Of a stretch of DNA of 64,000 nt, positions 12,108 through 25,005 are shown piece after piece (positions within the stretch are counted from its first letter, which is position 1; each line of letters starts with the position of its first letter). The notes beneath the pieces are model-generated. The model saw nothing but the letters and a program-made list of their open reading frames with translations, did not search any database and was not told the origin of the DNA. Source of the stretch: Adineta vaga. Lineage: Eukaryota; Animalia; Rotifera. The stretch spans positions 17,236,001 through 17,300,000 of the forward strand of contig CP075493.1 of NCBI GenBank assembly GCA_021613535.1, given 5' to 3'. The position numbers and the translations under genes are program-made.

Positions 12108-13902
12108 ATGGTACCCTATAAGTATTTATGTTCCTTATCAACAATACCATTTCCATTTTATCTCAAAATGATCTGTCGAAACTTAACATTCCTAGGAATG
12201 AAAACATTCGTTGCAGCTGGAAAACCACTTAAAATATGTCTAAAAAGTGTCTTTTTATGAAGGAATTGATTCGAACACCCACAGGGAGTTTTCTTCTTTG
12301 AAAGTTTTAGTGAGAAAGTATTTGTAGAAGATACTTGTTTCATCACAACATCAAGAACGTGATGAGAAACGAGTCCTGACAAAACACATTATTTCATACA
12401 TTCAAGTAAAACAACAAAATCATCAAACTAATCATGACTTATTCATTGACGTCAATCATTTCTCAACAATGACATTTGATATTTCCTTTTGCCTAAAAAC
12501 ACGTTCAATCATCAGCGTAGGTTTTACTCAATTCTTTTTTGTTTCCTCTTCTTCTATCACACTATCTTTTCTTTCTAGTCTCACTTGTAGAGAAATAAAA
12601 AACAGAGAAAGAGATATAAAGAGGGAGAAAATCTACGCTTAGCATCATTTTATTTCTATCGAAGGTAAAAAACAAAACTTTATCTGTTTCTATTTCTCAT
12701 CAGTTATTTCATTTCCTCGAAATCTGGTTTTGCCTATGTGGAACATTCACATATTCATTGTTATCTTTCTCATTCTCACGTATCAAACATCAGGTAAATA
12801 TTTTAAATTGCTCCTTTATGGTGATCAATGTAAAAGATATAGAATTCGACGCTGTAGAACAGCGGTGGAATTTAAAGAGTAGAAGAAAGAAAAGAGAGGT
12901 GAAAAATAACTTTTAATATGAATGATAGATACAGAAGTTGTATTTCCGAGCGATCGATCCTTCTCAACAGTTACATCATTATCCCTTGACAAGAGATTCT
13001 AAGCTGCAGGAAAAGGAAAATAGATGAGTAGGATTAGTTCAACAATATGAGAGTTTCTTTTGAAACAGCTATATTGCTTCTTTTTATGAATGTCGCAGGA
13101 AGAAAAGAAATCCAAATACGTACGCGTCGCTCGTTCAGCAACTCGATTAGGATAGATACTATTCGACTCATAATCACAACGAGAATAGTCACTTTTGATT
13201 GGCAAAAGTTACCGTTAAATACGCGTTGTCTCAGGTTAATCTTCAGGAGTCAGCTTCTAATGATGTGTCTAAAAACCATTGTGAATGATGAAATGAAAGA
13301 TAGACACAACTTATCTACTGTAGTATCGAAAAGAAGTACAACATGATGATTTTTATCTCTCTCAGAATCCAGTTAAGTGAGTGATATTGAGAATACAAAC
13401 TCTTCAGGATGATACAGTTTCTTTTTCAATTCATTTGACTGTACGAAAAAAATCAGTTTAAAACCACAATGAATGAAGTATGAGTTGCTGTTTGTCTGTT
13501 TTACATATTGATTAGTCTCTGGGTCGCTCATTCACAAGAAAAGGAGATTTTTATTCCATGATGTCGAAGACGATGTCCTATTCGACAATTAAAATGTCAC
13601 ACTCAACTTTTGATTTTATACTTAGAATTGTACATAAAGAAGAGTGTCACGCTGACTGAACTATAGAATGTCTCTTAGTCTAGACAAGTTAACTTTCTCT
13701 ATGCGACATAAATGATGCTGGTTAGAATGAAACTATCGATAAGAGATCCTTCATCGTTTTACTTTGTTAGAAAAAATCTTAACAAGTGCTACTTATGAGT
13801 GAAAGTTTGTTGAGAATAAGTGTGGATGACGAGCACCATCAAAGATGACAAAATATTTAATGATAATGTGCGGTTGTTAGATTCAAATGTGTGTGTGGTA
13901 TT

Positions 13903-15628
13903 CAGTGTTGAAGTTAAAACTATTGTTCATAAAGTAGATAGTTGAGAAAATCCTCGGAAAGTTAAAATAGTTATAACTATCAACCGTAGTCATAACTTTT
14001 TACTACAGTAAGGAGGTATAGAGTTTTCCCATTACCATACATTCAAATATGACATGAGAACAAAAATAATCAATGTAGTTATAGTCTGTTATTAGTGGCG
14101 TAACCGCAAATCGTCGGGAGAGTTAGCGTCGCCTTCCCAGTTTTTCGAAGATCATATAAGTTGATCCACATATTTTGTATTCTTACTGAGAACAAGTGGT
14201 TATTTATGCGATATCGTTTTATTTTATAAGTTCGTGAGCAAATAAATCATTGATGAAACCAAATCTATCAACTACGAGTGGCCAGATACATCCTCCTCTT
14301 TTTTTAGCGAACAGGAGTGATACGAAAGTTCAAAAGTTCAAGATGAAGCGTCGATTGATTTTGCGAAGTTTCTTGAGAAACTTTAACAAATATTGAGGTA
14401 TCTTTAGCAGTCCTTCTGAAGGACCCCTTCAGCTTCTTCTGAAGATTTCTTCGAGTGCTTGAGTTATATACAAAGTTCATGGAAAATGAAGAGCTTTTTC
14501 CAATTTCGAATAAAAACTGAGTTTCTTTCCAAAAGTTCGAAGAATATCCCTGAAGTAACTAGTCAGCGAAAAAATAGAACTTGTCAGAACTCGAAAACAT
14601 CGTGATCTCGAGAATTCTGATTAATGAGTAGTTTATATTTTGAAAGATATCTTGTTTATTACTTAGGCATATATTGTTCTACAGATTCGCTTTTCGGAAA
14701 ACTACCGGTGGGTGGGCGGCGCCCGCTCATGCCTTACCCTGGTTTCGCCATAATCTATTATGCAGGGATGTGCATTAAAAAAAGAAATTTGCGAAGCAGT
14801 GATGGAGTTAGAATGATTCTTCCACCAGTCGATAGTTCATAAAATCATCGAAAAGTTAAAATAGTTATAACTGGAGTGATGAATAATAACCATATAGGAT
14901 ATTTTAGATCAGAAAAGTCGCGTATTTCTCGAAAGTCTTAGCGATAAAATTAGACCAAGTTACAAGTCGACGAACTCTATCAATCGCATGCCTTACTTAT
15001 TCAACATGAATCAATCCTCAATGAGAAAATTGCTAATTAATCCTTTGTTCAGCAATATAACCGAAAATAACTGTCCGAATTTGACCAAAAGCTACATTAG
15101 GTTAGGTAATGTGAAGATTTGAGTAGAGCTCATTGGACTCTATCAGCTACATACCATATTGAATAGTCTGAGATAAATCACGCTGAAGAAACGGTACTAA
15201 TTTGCTCCTGTTCACTAGTAGATTTACTAGAACCTGTCATATTGAGCTACGAAGATAGACGAAGTGTAGATTTGGATACTTCGTCTAACTTAGTTTAGCT
15301 TTTGGCTCAGTTTGGACAGTTATTTTCGACTATACTGCTGAACAACGAACGTAATAGCAATGTTCTCGTTGATGATTCATTCATTTTGAATCAGTGAGGT
15401 ATGCAATCGATAGACCTTGTCGGTCTCTGTCCTGATGTAACTCTATGGTCAATATTCTCAAGAAATACACAAATTCTGGCCTAAAATATTCTATGTAGTT
15501 CATAGTTTTAGCCACAGTTGATAGTTATGACCACGGTAAATAGTTACTACCGAAATAACTTTTCGGCTTGAAAGTTGATCGGTTGTAACCCAAAAGTTAT
15601 AACTAGGGTAGTTTTAGGTCCAACACTG
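13903..15628. mobile_element. Non-autonomous hAT-like DNA transposon with an internal foldback
   Basis: Termini CAGTGTTGAAGTTAAAACTA / TAGTTTTAGGTCCAACACTG. Flanks GTGGTATT (13895-13902) and GTGATATT (15629-15636) form an 8-bp TSD with one mismatch. No transposase ORF. Confidence 0.75.
14880..15500. repeat. Long degenerate inverted repeat (~600 bp foldback)
   Basis: GCAATATAACCGAAAATAACTGTCCGAATTTGACCAAAAGCTA (~15052) pairs with TAGCTTTTGGCTCAGTTTGGACAGTTATTTTCGACTATACTGC (~15296). CATATAGGATATTTTAG (~14891) pairs with CTAAAATATTCTATGTAG (~15481). Confidence 0.8.
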
Positions 15629-16434
15629 GTGATATTTCATTAGGTCAGCTAAGAGAACAATTCTTATCAATAGAACATATGATAAGGGATAGATCTTTGC
15701 TAGTAACATCTAATCGATCATTATCGACTAGTGCCAGTGTATCATGAAGATTACTTTATTCCTAGAAGAAAAAAATCAGTTACGAATAACTGAAAATCGA
15801 TTCCGAATATAATCAGTGTATAGGAGATGGAGTGTGCTGTTTTTTGAGTGACATTGTGCTATCTGTTTTCTAAAAAAATTTAAAAAAAAATATGATGATT
15901 TGCAAATGTCGAGCTTAAAAGAAGAGATGAAAGTCGAATAATCTCAGGTATAGAAAAGAAGACATTCTCTATGAGATGAATGAAAGATATCTTGGACATG
16001 AACTAAGGTTTGACTGAGATCTTCCTCGATTTGAAGAGAGTGATTTTCCTTCGAAATCAATGCTTTTTCCTTCAGGAAATGAAATGTTGCATAGAAAAGA
16101 AAAGGAAACCTCATCTTTCTTTGTTGAGAAGGAAATGCAAGAAACGACACAGATCTTCTTCATTGAGCAATGTTCAATTAGTTGGCTTTTGCTGCTAATC
16201 AATATGGACATCTTCTTCAAAAGAAAACAAAAAGAAGAAAAGAGATGTTTTCAGAATTAGTCTTGAGAGTTGTTTCTCGTCGAACCTCAATCAGGTTATC
16301 TAACTTCTGCGCAACATTTGTCTTATACTTTCGCTTTTTTTCTCAGCTCTTTCATTAAATCAACCAAAATTTCGTTCAACATCCGTTTGGAATTCTAATG
16401 GAATCACTTTCTCCAATCGGTCAACTGTTGGTTC

Positions 16435-17598
16435 GGGATTCCCGAATTTCGCCAATAAGACTTTCGCCAACTGGATATTCGCCAATGACGAAAGTCACGT
16501 AATACGTTGGCGAAAGTGCAATGGACTCTCGCCAATTGACGAAATTCCATAAGTTATATTGGCGAAAATACAGTGGAGTTTCGCCAATTGACGAAAGTCC
16601 CGAGAACCATTGGCGAAATTACAGTGGACATTCGCCCATGAACGAGAGTCATTTTATATTCGCCAGTTGATAAAAAGGGTTACTGTGTTCATACCGTCAT
16701 TCCTAATAGAAGGACGGGAATCATTATGTGTTAAGGTTTCAGCTGCCTGACATATTTTGTCGTGTCCATCTCATAATAAATTCTTCTTTCCATGCTTCTT
16801 TTGATATTTTGTTTTCTTAATCGTCCTTTTTCCTTATAGACCGTATAACTCGCTTCGTCTGTTACACATCACATGCCTTTCTCTTTCTCTCTCTCTCCCC
16901 TTCTTTTAGTTGTTCTTTAGTAGATGATGTTGGTTTTTCCATATCTTGTTCGGTTATTTTCTCTGCACCAATAGTAGACAAAGCGAAATGTTTTTCAAAA
17001 AACAAACTTTTGAGTGACATATCAACGTCTTCTACTTGTTTGTTTATTTCATCATTAGGACCATCTACTTGTGCTGCGGATTCAACTCGTGTAGTTAAAG
17101 GTTGTTGATCAACAGCGAAACACATTATCGTTTGAAGATCACTTGTAGGTACTTGTGCAATTAGTCGTTTGTTTTGTTTTTCTTGATGTTTTCGAATCTT
17201 TGCACGAGATACAGGCTTCGATATTGCTTTATTAAGTACCGTTGTCTGAGATCGCAGTGCAGCAGCACAAGTCATAACAGGCATTTGGGATGTAAACAAA
17301 ATTTAAAATTATATATGAAGTTCATGATCACGGCATAAACGAATATTTGCTATATGACTAGTTAATAAAGATTATTTCTGCGTATTTGATGATGAGAGTT
17401 CAAGAAACTTTCGTTGATGGCGAAAGTCCCGTAATATGTTGGCGAAAGTACAGTGGATTCTCACCAACTGGCGAAAATACACTGGAATCTCGCCAACTGT
17501 CGAAAGTCCATGAGATGTATTGACGAAATTACAGTGGACTTTCGCCAATGGCGAATGTCCTATTGGCGAAAGTCTTATTGGCGAAGAGCGGGTAAGCC
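16435..17598. mobile_element. Non-autonomous TIR element (MULE/foldback-like) with modular TTCGCCAA/TTGGCGAA subrepeats
   Basis: Left end GGGATTCCCGAATTTCGCCAATAAGACTTTCGCCAA matches the reverse complement of the right end TTGGCGAAAGTCTTATTGGCGAAGAGCGGGTAAGCC. Subrepeat arrays of about 200 bp at each end. No TSD seen. Confidence 0.75.
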
Positions 17599-17762
17599 AA
17601 AAATGCTACGTATAAGAATGAGAGCTTTACTATCGCTATCTAAATAATAAACACCCTTACTCTCATCTTCAGAGAAATAAAAAAACAACAACAAGGGAGG
17701 CGAAGAATTGTTCATCTGCTGCTGTAGATGAGAATTCTGACGTCTCAGTAATCAGTTCTATT

Positions 17763-18139
17763 CAGTGTTGTACAACTCCAACTTTAATTTAACTCATGTT
17801 TCCGGTTTCCTGACGTAGCTAAAGAGAAAACAAAATCGACAGGAAAAACACGTGTATGCGTATAGTGTTTATGACGCCATTAAGAAAGCTAACAATGAAT
17901 GTTCTTGAATTATTACATCGAGGGAGAGAGAATTTAGAGATCATTGGTGGCGTGATTAAATATCATTTGTTAAATAATTCGATATTCGATCTATCGAAAA
18001 TCTATTAGAACTATGATAATCCTGCAATACAATGATATTATTTTTACAGATTTATGTTGAAATGGAGCTAAAACGGAGTTGGGGTTGAATTGGGAGTTTT
18101 GAAAATAGGAGCGGAATTACCCGGAGTTGCACAACACTG
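17763..18139. mobile_element. MITE with CAGTGTTG termini (hAT-like ends)
   Basis: CAGTGTTGTACAACTCC ... GGAGTTGCACAACACTG (16/17 inverted match); no clear TSD. Confidence 0.65.
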
Positions 18140-18929
18140 GAAATTCTACTGAATATAATTATCCGCTTGATTCTGTCATTCCGTTTTATCTTAATATCAT
18201 TTAATCTGTGTATATATATGAATGTGAACTATATCACAGATGTTAAAATTAAAACCACTTTAGTCACCATATGAATTCAAATAAAAAACGGTCGTTATTA
18301 TGATCCTCTGCAAATTATTTTACAAAAAAGTCCCAAGTTGGTATCAGATTCAGCATTGTTTCTCATGTAGTTTTAAGAGAAATTACCCAGACAGACACAA
18401 AAAAAACGCGTAAATATGGTGAGATTTTAACGACAGTCAAATCGGGAAAAGCGCACATTTAAACGAACTAATAACGCGTTCATTTTTTTCAAATTAACAA
18501 GTAATATTAGGGTAAATCTCACAAAATAACGCGTCATTACGAACTGTCAAAATCGTTGTTTTTACACATTTTTATTCATACCACTCGTCACCATCTACTC
18601 GAAAGTGTTTTTTTTCACTGAGCGATTTATATAGACTTTTGTTAGTTCTTAACGTTTGAACATTACCTTTTTTTGATATCTAGAATAACAAAATCGAAGA
18701 AATGTTCAAATGAAATTTAAAAAATAGAATGAATCTAATTATGAAGTGAAATATGAGTTGTGCAATTTCTACATGTTTTTTCTGCTCAGAAATCATAATA
18801 GAATATTTATTTTGTGATAATTACCATCTGACAACATATATTTAACTTAGTGTGATAATTATTACATTTATTTTTATTACATTATCATTTCAATGATTGT
18901 AGATTATATTCTATAATCAAAATAATAAC

Positions 18930-19268
18930 ATGAACAATATCAATGAAAATGCCGTCAAAATTCATGATGTAACACTTCCATTGATGTAAATATCAATCTA
19001 ACTGAATTGATTTTCTAATTTAGCCACATACAGAACAACCGAACTTGATAAAAATAACAATGAACGAACAAAAGAATGAATCGTATGAGTCTTATGAAGA
19101 ATATTGATTTATAAACACTCAAATTTGCTTTTTTATTAGATGTCATCGAAATAAAAAACGAAAGATACTGAAGTTAATATTATCGGTTGGGATTGTCTCC
19201 CTGATTATTGTTGGCATTTTGATCCCGACAGTGATTATAAAAGCGAACAAAATTTATCCATCCACAAT

Positions 19269-19331
<63 letters not shown>

Positions 19332-20077
19332 AACAACAGCGACGATGACGACAACAACAACAGAACCAGGTATATGTGTCTTAGTAGAAAAGAAGTTTTC
19401 TTAGCTTTGAGCATATTACTTACATGTGTATTAACCCTTACAATTGGCTTGCCTCAGTTATAAAGATACATTCTTAGCATTATAATCTGAAGATCTATTA
19501 CAAATTATTCGATGTAAATTACTTTGTAGGTCGAATATCATTGACTGCTGTTGGAGGGAAGATCAATGGTGTGCACAAAACATTGATGAGTGGCGATAGC
19601 AGTAAAGCAACGCCTGGTTTTACCATCGGTCAGTATGTAGCAACAGAATCTCCAGACAAAGCATGTGATAGTAATGTAACAACTAAATATGTCAGTTTTG
19701 GACCATGCAATGAAAGAGAGCAAAGTCGTACCGACTGTGGCTTGAATACGGGTTTCTATCTTGAATTAGAACGTGGTTCAACATTAGTCAATGGATTGAA
19801 AATTTGTACAGCAAATGATTTTAAAGAGCGTGATCCAACATTTGTATCATTAGAAGGAAGTACTCAAACAGAAAGAAATCTTACTTTTGGTAGTAGTTGG
19901 ATCCTGCTTTATAATGGTACTAGTGGAATTGATCAAGATCCTGGTCGACAACAGTGTGGTTCAATACAGCTTTTTAATAATACAATAGAATACAAAAGTT
20001 ATCGTTTCTTGGTTTCTGGCAAACGAAAAAACTCAGATTGTGTTCAGTATTCTGAAGTGCAATTATACAGGTTCTGA
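18930..20077 (+). CDS. Type II membrane protein: TM, poly-Thr stalk and C-terminal discoidin/F5/8C-like (galactose-binding-like) domain
   Basis: Exons 18930-18968, 19024-19082, 19140-19369 and 19530-20077 splice in frame. Motifs 'ESPDKACDSNVTTKY', 'TANDFKERDP', 'YKSYRF', 'QYSEVQL'. The domain assignment is from recalled motif similarity. Confidence 0.75.
19264..19361 (+). repeat. (ACA/ACG)n coding microsatellite producing poly-Thr
   Basis: Directly visible run of ACA/ACG triplets. Confidence 0.95.
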
Positions 20078-21119
20078 TCTCAATTTTGAAGAAAAACTTT
20101 TTCTTATCATTCGATCTTTTCCCTTGAATTATTTTTCTCTCCTTGAATATGAAAAATTATGTTCATCTTAATTTTATCTGAAAACTAACATTTATCGTTT
20201 AATAAAGAACACAGTGTCAGCATTGCCAACTCTTCTGCCTTTTTTAAATATTACGGTATATTTTGCTGAACTATAATGAACTAAGTGTTAAATGTATTAA
20301 GAACTATCAGATCTATATGTTTAAAACAAGTATATTGATTAGTTGTAAATTTGTTTTCGCTAAGAATTTATTCAATCTGTTATATCAACAATAATAATAC
20401 AATGTCGATTAATCAAATCAATTTTTAGAATCAATGTTAAACAATGTAATAATACACCTTCACTTTACTGTCCACTAATTGTAATATCTTTTGTCAGACT
20501 ATGTTTATCATAGTTAATATTGAAAGTATTCTTATAATCTATATAATTTATGTTCAAGATAACAAGCCGCAATAAACAGATAAAGATTCTGTAAGATATT
20601 CATAAAAATTATGAACAGAAACTGATGGAAAGATCTTTTTGCTATCGATGTTGAATATTATTTGAAATAAATCTTGTAAATCAGCTTCAATACCGATTTT
20701 ACTATTAAACGAGACAATATTTGGAAATAGATCTTTTAATAAACCATATTGATCTCGTTTGATACCTGATTGACGATAATTTAAATCTTTATTTGATTTA
20801 TAAACAAATAAACAAAATAACAACATGAATCTTCAGTCTGATCAATTCTATTATTAAGATGACGTATTTGTTGTCTTTCATTATTTTCTATTCTATCCAA
20901 ACGTATTATTCTAATATTTAATATAAGTATTCGAATTTCATCTATAAATACAAAAAGTACCTTATAATCTTGCATGAGAAATAGTTCGTGCTAAACTCAA
21001 TAATTCAATTTGACTTCTTTTAAAGAATAAATATGATAATAAGAAATTTGTTTTTATTAAAGATATATCTTTCAAAATAATATTCAAATAAAAAAACGAT
21101 GTGTCATTAATCAAAAGTT

Positions 21120-23433
21120 TTATTTAAGTTTAGCTAATATTCCAATACTGATTGTATTTTCCGGTGCTAATTTAATATTTACGGATGTACCTGGATAAAG
21201 ACTTTTCAATATCGCATAAATATACAATGGCCAACGTCGAATCCAACTAGCCCATCCTACAGTTGACACTTTAATTGTTTCATCTGGTGTAAATATTGTA
21301 ATTTTTGATTCATTATTAGGAATAGGTAAATTAAATCGTGTTCGTGCAAGTGTTAAAATATCAAATGGTTTAATACGATTTTCTGAATAACCATACAATG
21401 CCGTAAGATGAAATATACTTTCTCCATATTGTTTAATAGTAAGACGTTTCTCATCTTCGATTGTCGATGATTTGATATGTTCAATACGAAGAAATATAAT
21501 AACTTGTGGTACAGAATTTGTACGAGTTAAATAATTTTCAAAAACATGTGGTGTATGTTTTGTTGAGTTTGTTAGAAAGCAACCAACACTTGGTGTAACA
21601 ACAGCTGGTATAGTATTATCGAGAATATTATTTTGCTCATGAATATAAGATGAAATAGCAGATGATCGTCCAACTGGTACATTTTCTACTAGACGTACTT
21701 GACTTGCAACTTTAGGTAAAGATCCTGAATTTTTCAAATCAATATCATCATCTGAATCTGAGTCAATTTCATCGTGAAAATTAATTCGGCTTGCCGTTGA
21801 AATAATAGGAAGATCATTGGTAGAACTATAAGAATTTTGTCGTGTATTAGAATCAGATAAACCAAGTCTTAATGCTAAGGTATGAAGACTCGTTGTTTGT
21901 GTATGAATCTTTAGAAAACGTCGTAAATTCAATTGACCAAAAAACCAACAAAATCCAAAGATAAAGAAACCTGTTGCAATAACAATCGCCACCCATCCTC
22001 CCGAAGGAATTTTCGTTGCGTTCGATGCCCATGTATATCCATCGACAATAAGAAATAAACCAAATGGTAAAATCATATACCATCGTTTATGCCATGTATA
22101 ATACATCACACACATATATAATATTGTTGTAAATATCATTACAGTACAAACGGTAACACCATAAGCACTAGTAATACTTCCATTTGTTCCAAAACCAATC
22201 ACAATAATAATAGTTAAAATCATTAAAATATAATTTATTGTTGGAATATAAATTTGACCGATAATTGTTTTTGATGTATGATAAATTTTAACTGGTACTG
22301 AACATTCCATACCAATGGCTTGACTGACCAATGAGAAACTACCAGTAATAATGGCTTGTGAAGCAATGATCGTAGCTACAGTTGCTAGAACAACCATTGG
22401 CCAATGAAACCATTCCGGTACTGAATGATAAAATGGATTATCAACGAGCGATGGATCAGCAATTAATAATGCTCCTTGACCTAAATAATTAAATAATACA
22501 CCAGGAAATACAATAAAAAACCAAGCGGCACGAACTGGCCATCTTCCAAAATGACCTAAGTCAGCATATAAAGCTTCAAGTCCAGTAACAGATAAATACA
22601 CACCACCAATTTGATAAAAACCACGCGTCTTTTCGACTAACAAATAATGAAATGCTTCCCATGGATTAAATGCTTTGAAAATAGACGGTTTATATGTTAT
22701 ACGCCAAACTCCAATGATAAATAATGTTATAAACCAACAAACCATAATAGGACCAAATGTTACACCAATTCTTGATGTTCCCCATCGTTGTGCCAGAAAA
22801 AGTAAAACAATAATAATTATACTAATAGGTACAACCCATGAACTTAATTGAGGTGCTTCAACAGCTACTCCTTCAATTGCTGATAGAACAGATACAGCTG
22901 GTGTTAATGCTCCATCGCCAAGTAACATTGCTGCTGCCATTAAAGCAATTATTGTTATTCCTCGTTTTATTCTTGGACTCAATTGAATCTTTTCATCTGT
23001 TAATAAACCACATAGAGCAAATGTTCCACCTTCTCCATGATTATCAGCCATTAAAATAAATGTCGCATATTTCAAACAGACTGATACGATTAAACTCCAA
23101 ATAATCAAACTAATAGCACCGATACATTGCGATTCTGTTGGTTGATAAGTGAATATTGTATTGACAACATATAATGGTGATGTGCCAATATCACCAAAAA
23201 TAACACCTAATGCACGAAGTGTTAAACTAAAGAATAATTTCGGATTTTTACATGGTGTAATTTCAGATACTAAAACATGATTATCATTTGTTGATTTTTT
23301 TATTTTGGAAGGAGTAGATTCTTCTTGATGATTCAAATTATTTTTATTAATATCAACGACTAAAAAAAATCAAATAAATAATTTCAATAAAAGTTTCTAA
23401 TGTATAATCATAATTATTTGTACCTGTTTCCAT
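21120..23433 (-). CDS. KUP/HAK/KT potassium transporter
   Basis: Motifs 'ALGVIFGDIGTSPLY', 'ADNHGEGGTFAL', 'GDGALTPAVSVLSAIEG', 'GLEALYADLGHF', 'GQIYIP'. A 10-nt first exon (ATGGAAACAG, 23433-23424) and a 64-nt intron (23423-23360) join in frame to the long exon. Confidence 0.95.
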
Positions 23434-24351
23434 AGAATATTCTCAAGCAATATCAAATGAAAATATATTCATATTGGATTTCTTTTTTTCGTTATTGATA
23501 AATACGCTAAAAAAAAATAAATGAGTAGCGTATATATATATAGCAATCATTGATGATCCGTATCAATGCTTCATACTTTTGACTAACTATGTTGCGCATA
23601 CATGATCGATAAATGAGCATATCGTGTTTTGGGCGTTACCCATCCTTGATCGATGAAGGTAATTGTACGTTAAATGAAACTTTTTTTTTTCTCTCGATAC
23701 AGAAAAAACAAAATGATCATTACGCCCATTTTGTTGATAATTATCAAATATTACGAAGAATGTTGACGTCATCGATTAAAGAGGTAAATATCTACTAAAC
23801 ATTAAGAAATCATCATGACATTAATCATTATCTTCGATTTATATCTCATTATCGATATTAAACTTGAATTTGCATTGATTCTCTTGATCATCATTGTAGA
23901 GATTCTGATTTAAATGAACATCATCAATATCACAGGATGATCTATTCTGTTGAGTTGCTCGTTATGTAACCCATAATGTATTCGATGATGAACATGTTTA
24001 TCATCAACTGAAAATAGAATAATTGAAAAATATTTTTGTGGTTTAGAAATATAATATATCAAGATGAGTATTATACAGAAAGAGAAAAATATAATATGAC
24101 CATGAAATATATAAAATAAACACGTGAAAAAAATGTTCCATACAGTAAACAAAATTCAACATTTATTGACGAAAGATCGATGTTTATTAATGAATAAAAA
24201 TATTCTCTTTTTCGTAGCGAAAAGAGTCTTGGAAACATACATTGTCTGTTTGTTTGTGTATGCAAAGTAAAGGAAACTATTCGAATAGCAAGGATTCAAA
24301 ATGAACAGAATCATTATTGATCTTCAAGTTGCACTTAGAACAAGGCTGTAG

Positions 24352-24403
24352 TTGAGGATGTTGTGGCCTTCTTCATCTATACTCACCCACATCCACCCTC
24401 AAG
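24352..24403. repeat. Telomere-repeat hairpin element (degenerate left arm)
   Basis: TTGAGGATGTTGTGG-CCTTCTTCATCTATACT-CACCCACATCCACCCTCAAG. Confidence 0.7.
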
Positions 24404-25005
24404 TTTTCAAACGTTTCATATTATTATAATGACAAAGCGATACAAATTACTATACGTTTAACTAAAACAGAAATGCTTGAACTGAATCTTCATAAAAACA
24501 TCTTCGAAAACACAAATTGTACGAGTTGAAATAACAATTCATGTTTCATCAAATACTTTTCATGATGTTCGAGTAATCAATGGACGACGAGTACATATGC
24601 TCATCTTAAGATGTGTAAGCCGACGACTCGATCAGCTTACACCTCTAATCCTGAATTATTTGAAGCCGTTTTTTTCTTCAGATTATTGAACATCGAATGA
24701 ATAGAGTAATCTTATCTTTATCTTTTTAGAGAATAAGAATTTATTAGATTGAGATTAGATACATGAATATGATTATAAAGAAAAAACCCAAACCTATAAC
24801 GATATCTGAAAACAATCATTGATGATTCATGGAAATCTTTCTGTGTTTTTATAACATGTTTCTTTTTCTTCCTTCAACAAGAAAAATAACTATTGTGGTT
24901 GTTGTGACAATTTTCATGAGTCATCGAGGGGAAAAACCAACATGCCATATATATATATATATAATTCAATAATTTCATTTTGTTTTGAATAAGTAAAACA
25001 ATAGA

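Noticed and set aside
12650-13650. Possible decayed cadherin-like or other surface-protein gene
   Set aside because: Exon-like pieces and faint motifs only, with many stops; cannot be supported without BLASTx
16435-16670. Regularly spaced TTCGCCAA/TTGGCGAA repeats resembling a CRISPR array
   Set aside because: Units are degenerate, spacers resemble each other, the array is mirrored at 17410-17598 as a TIR, and there are no cas genes in this eukaryotic context
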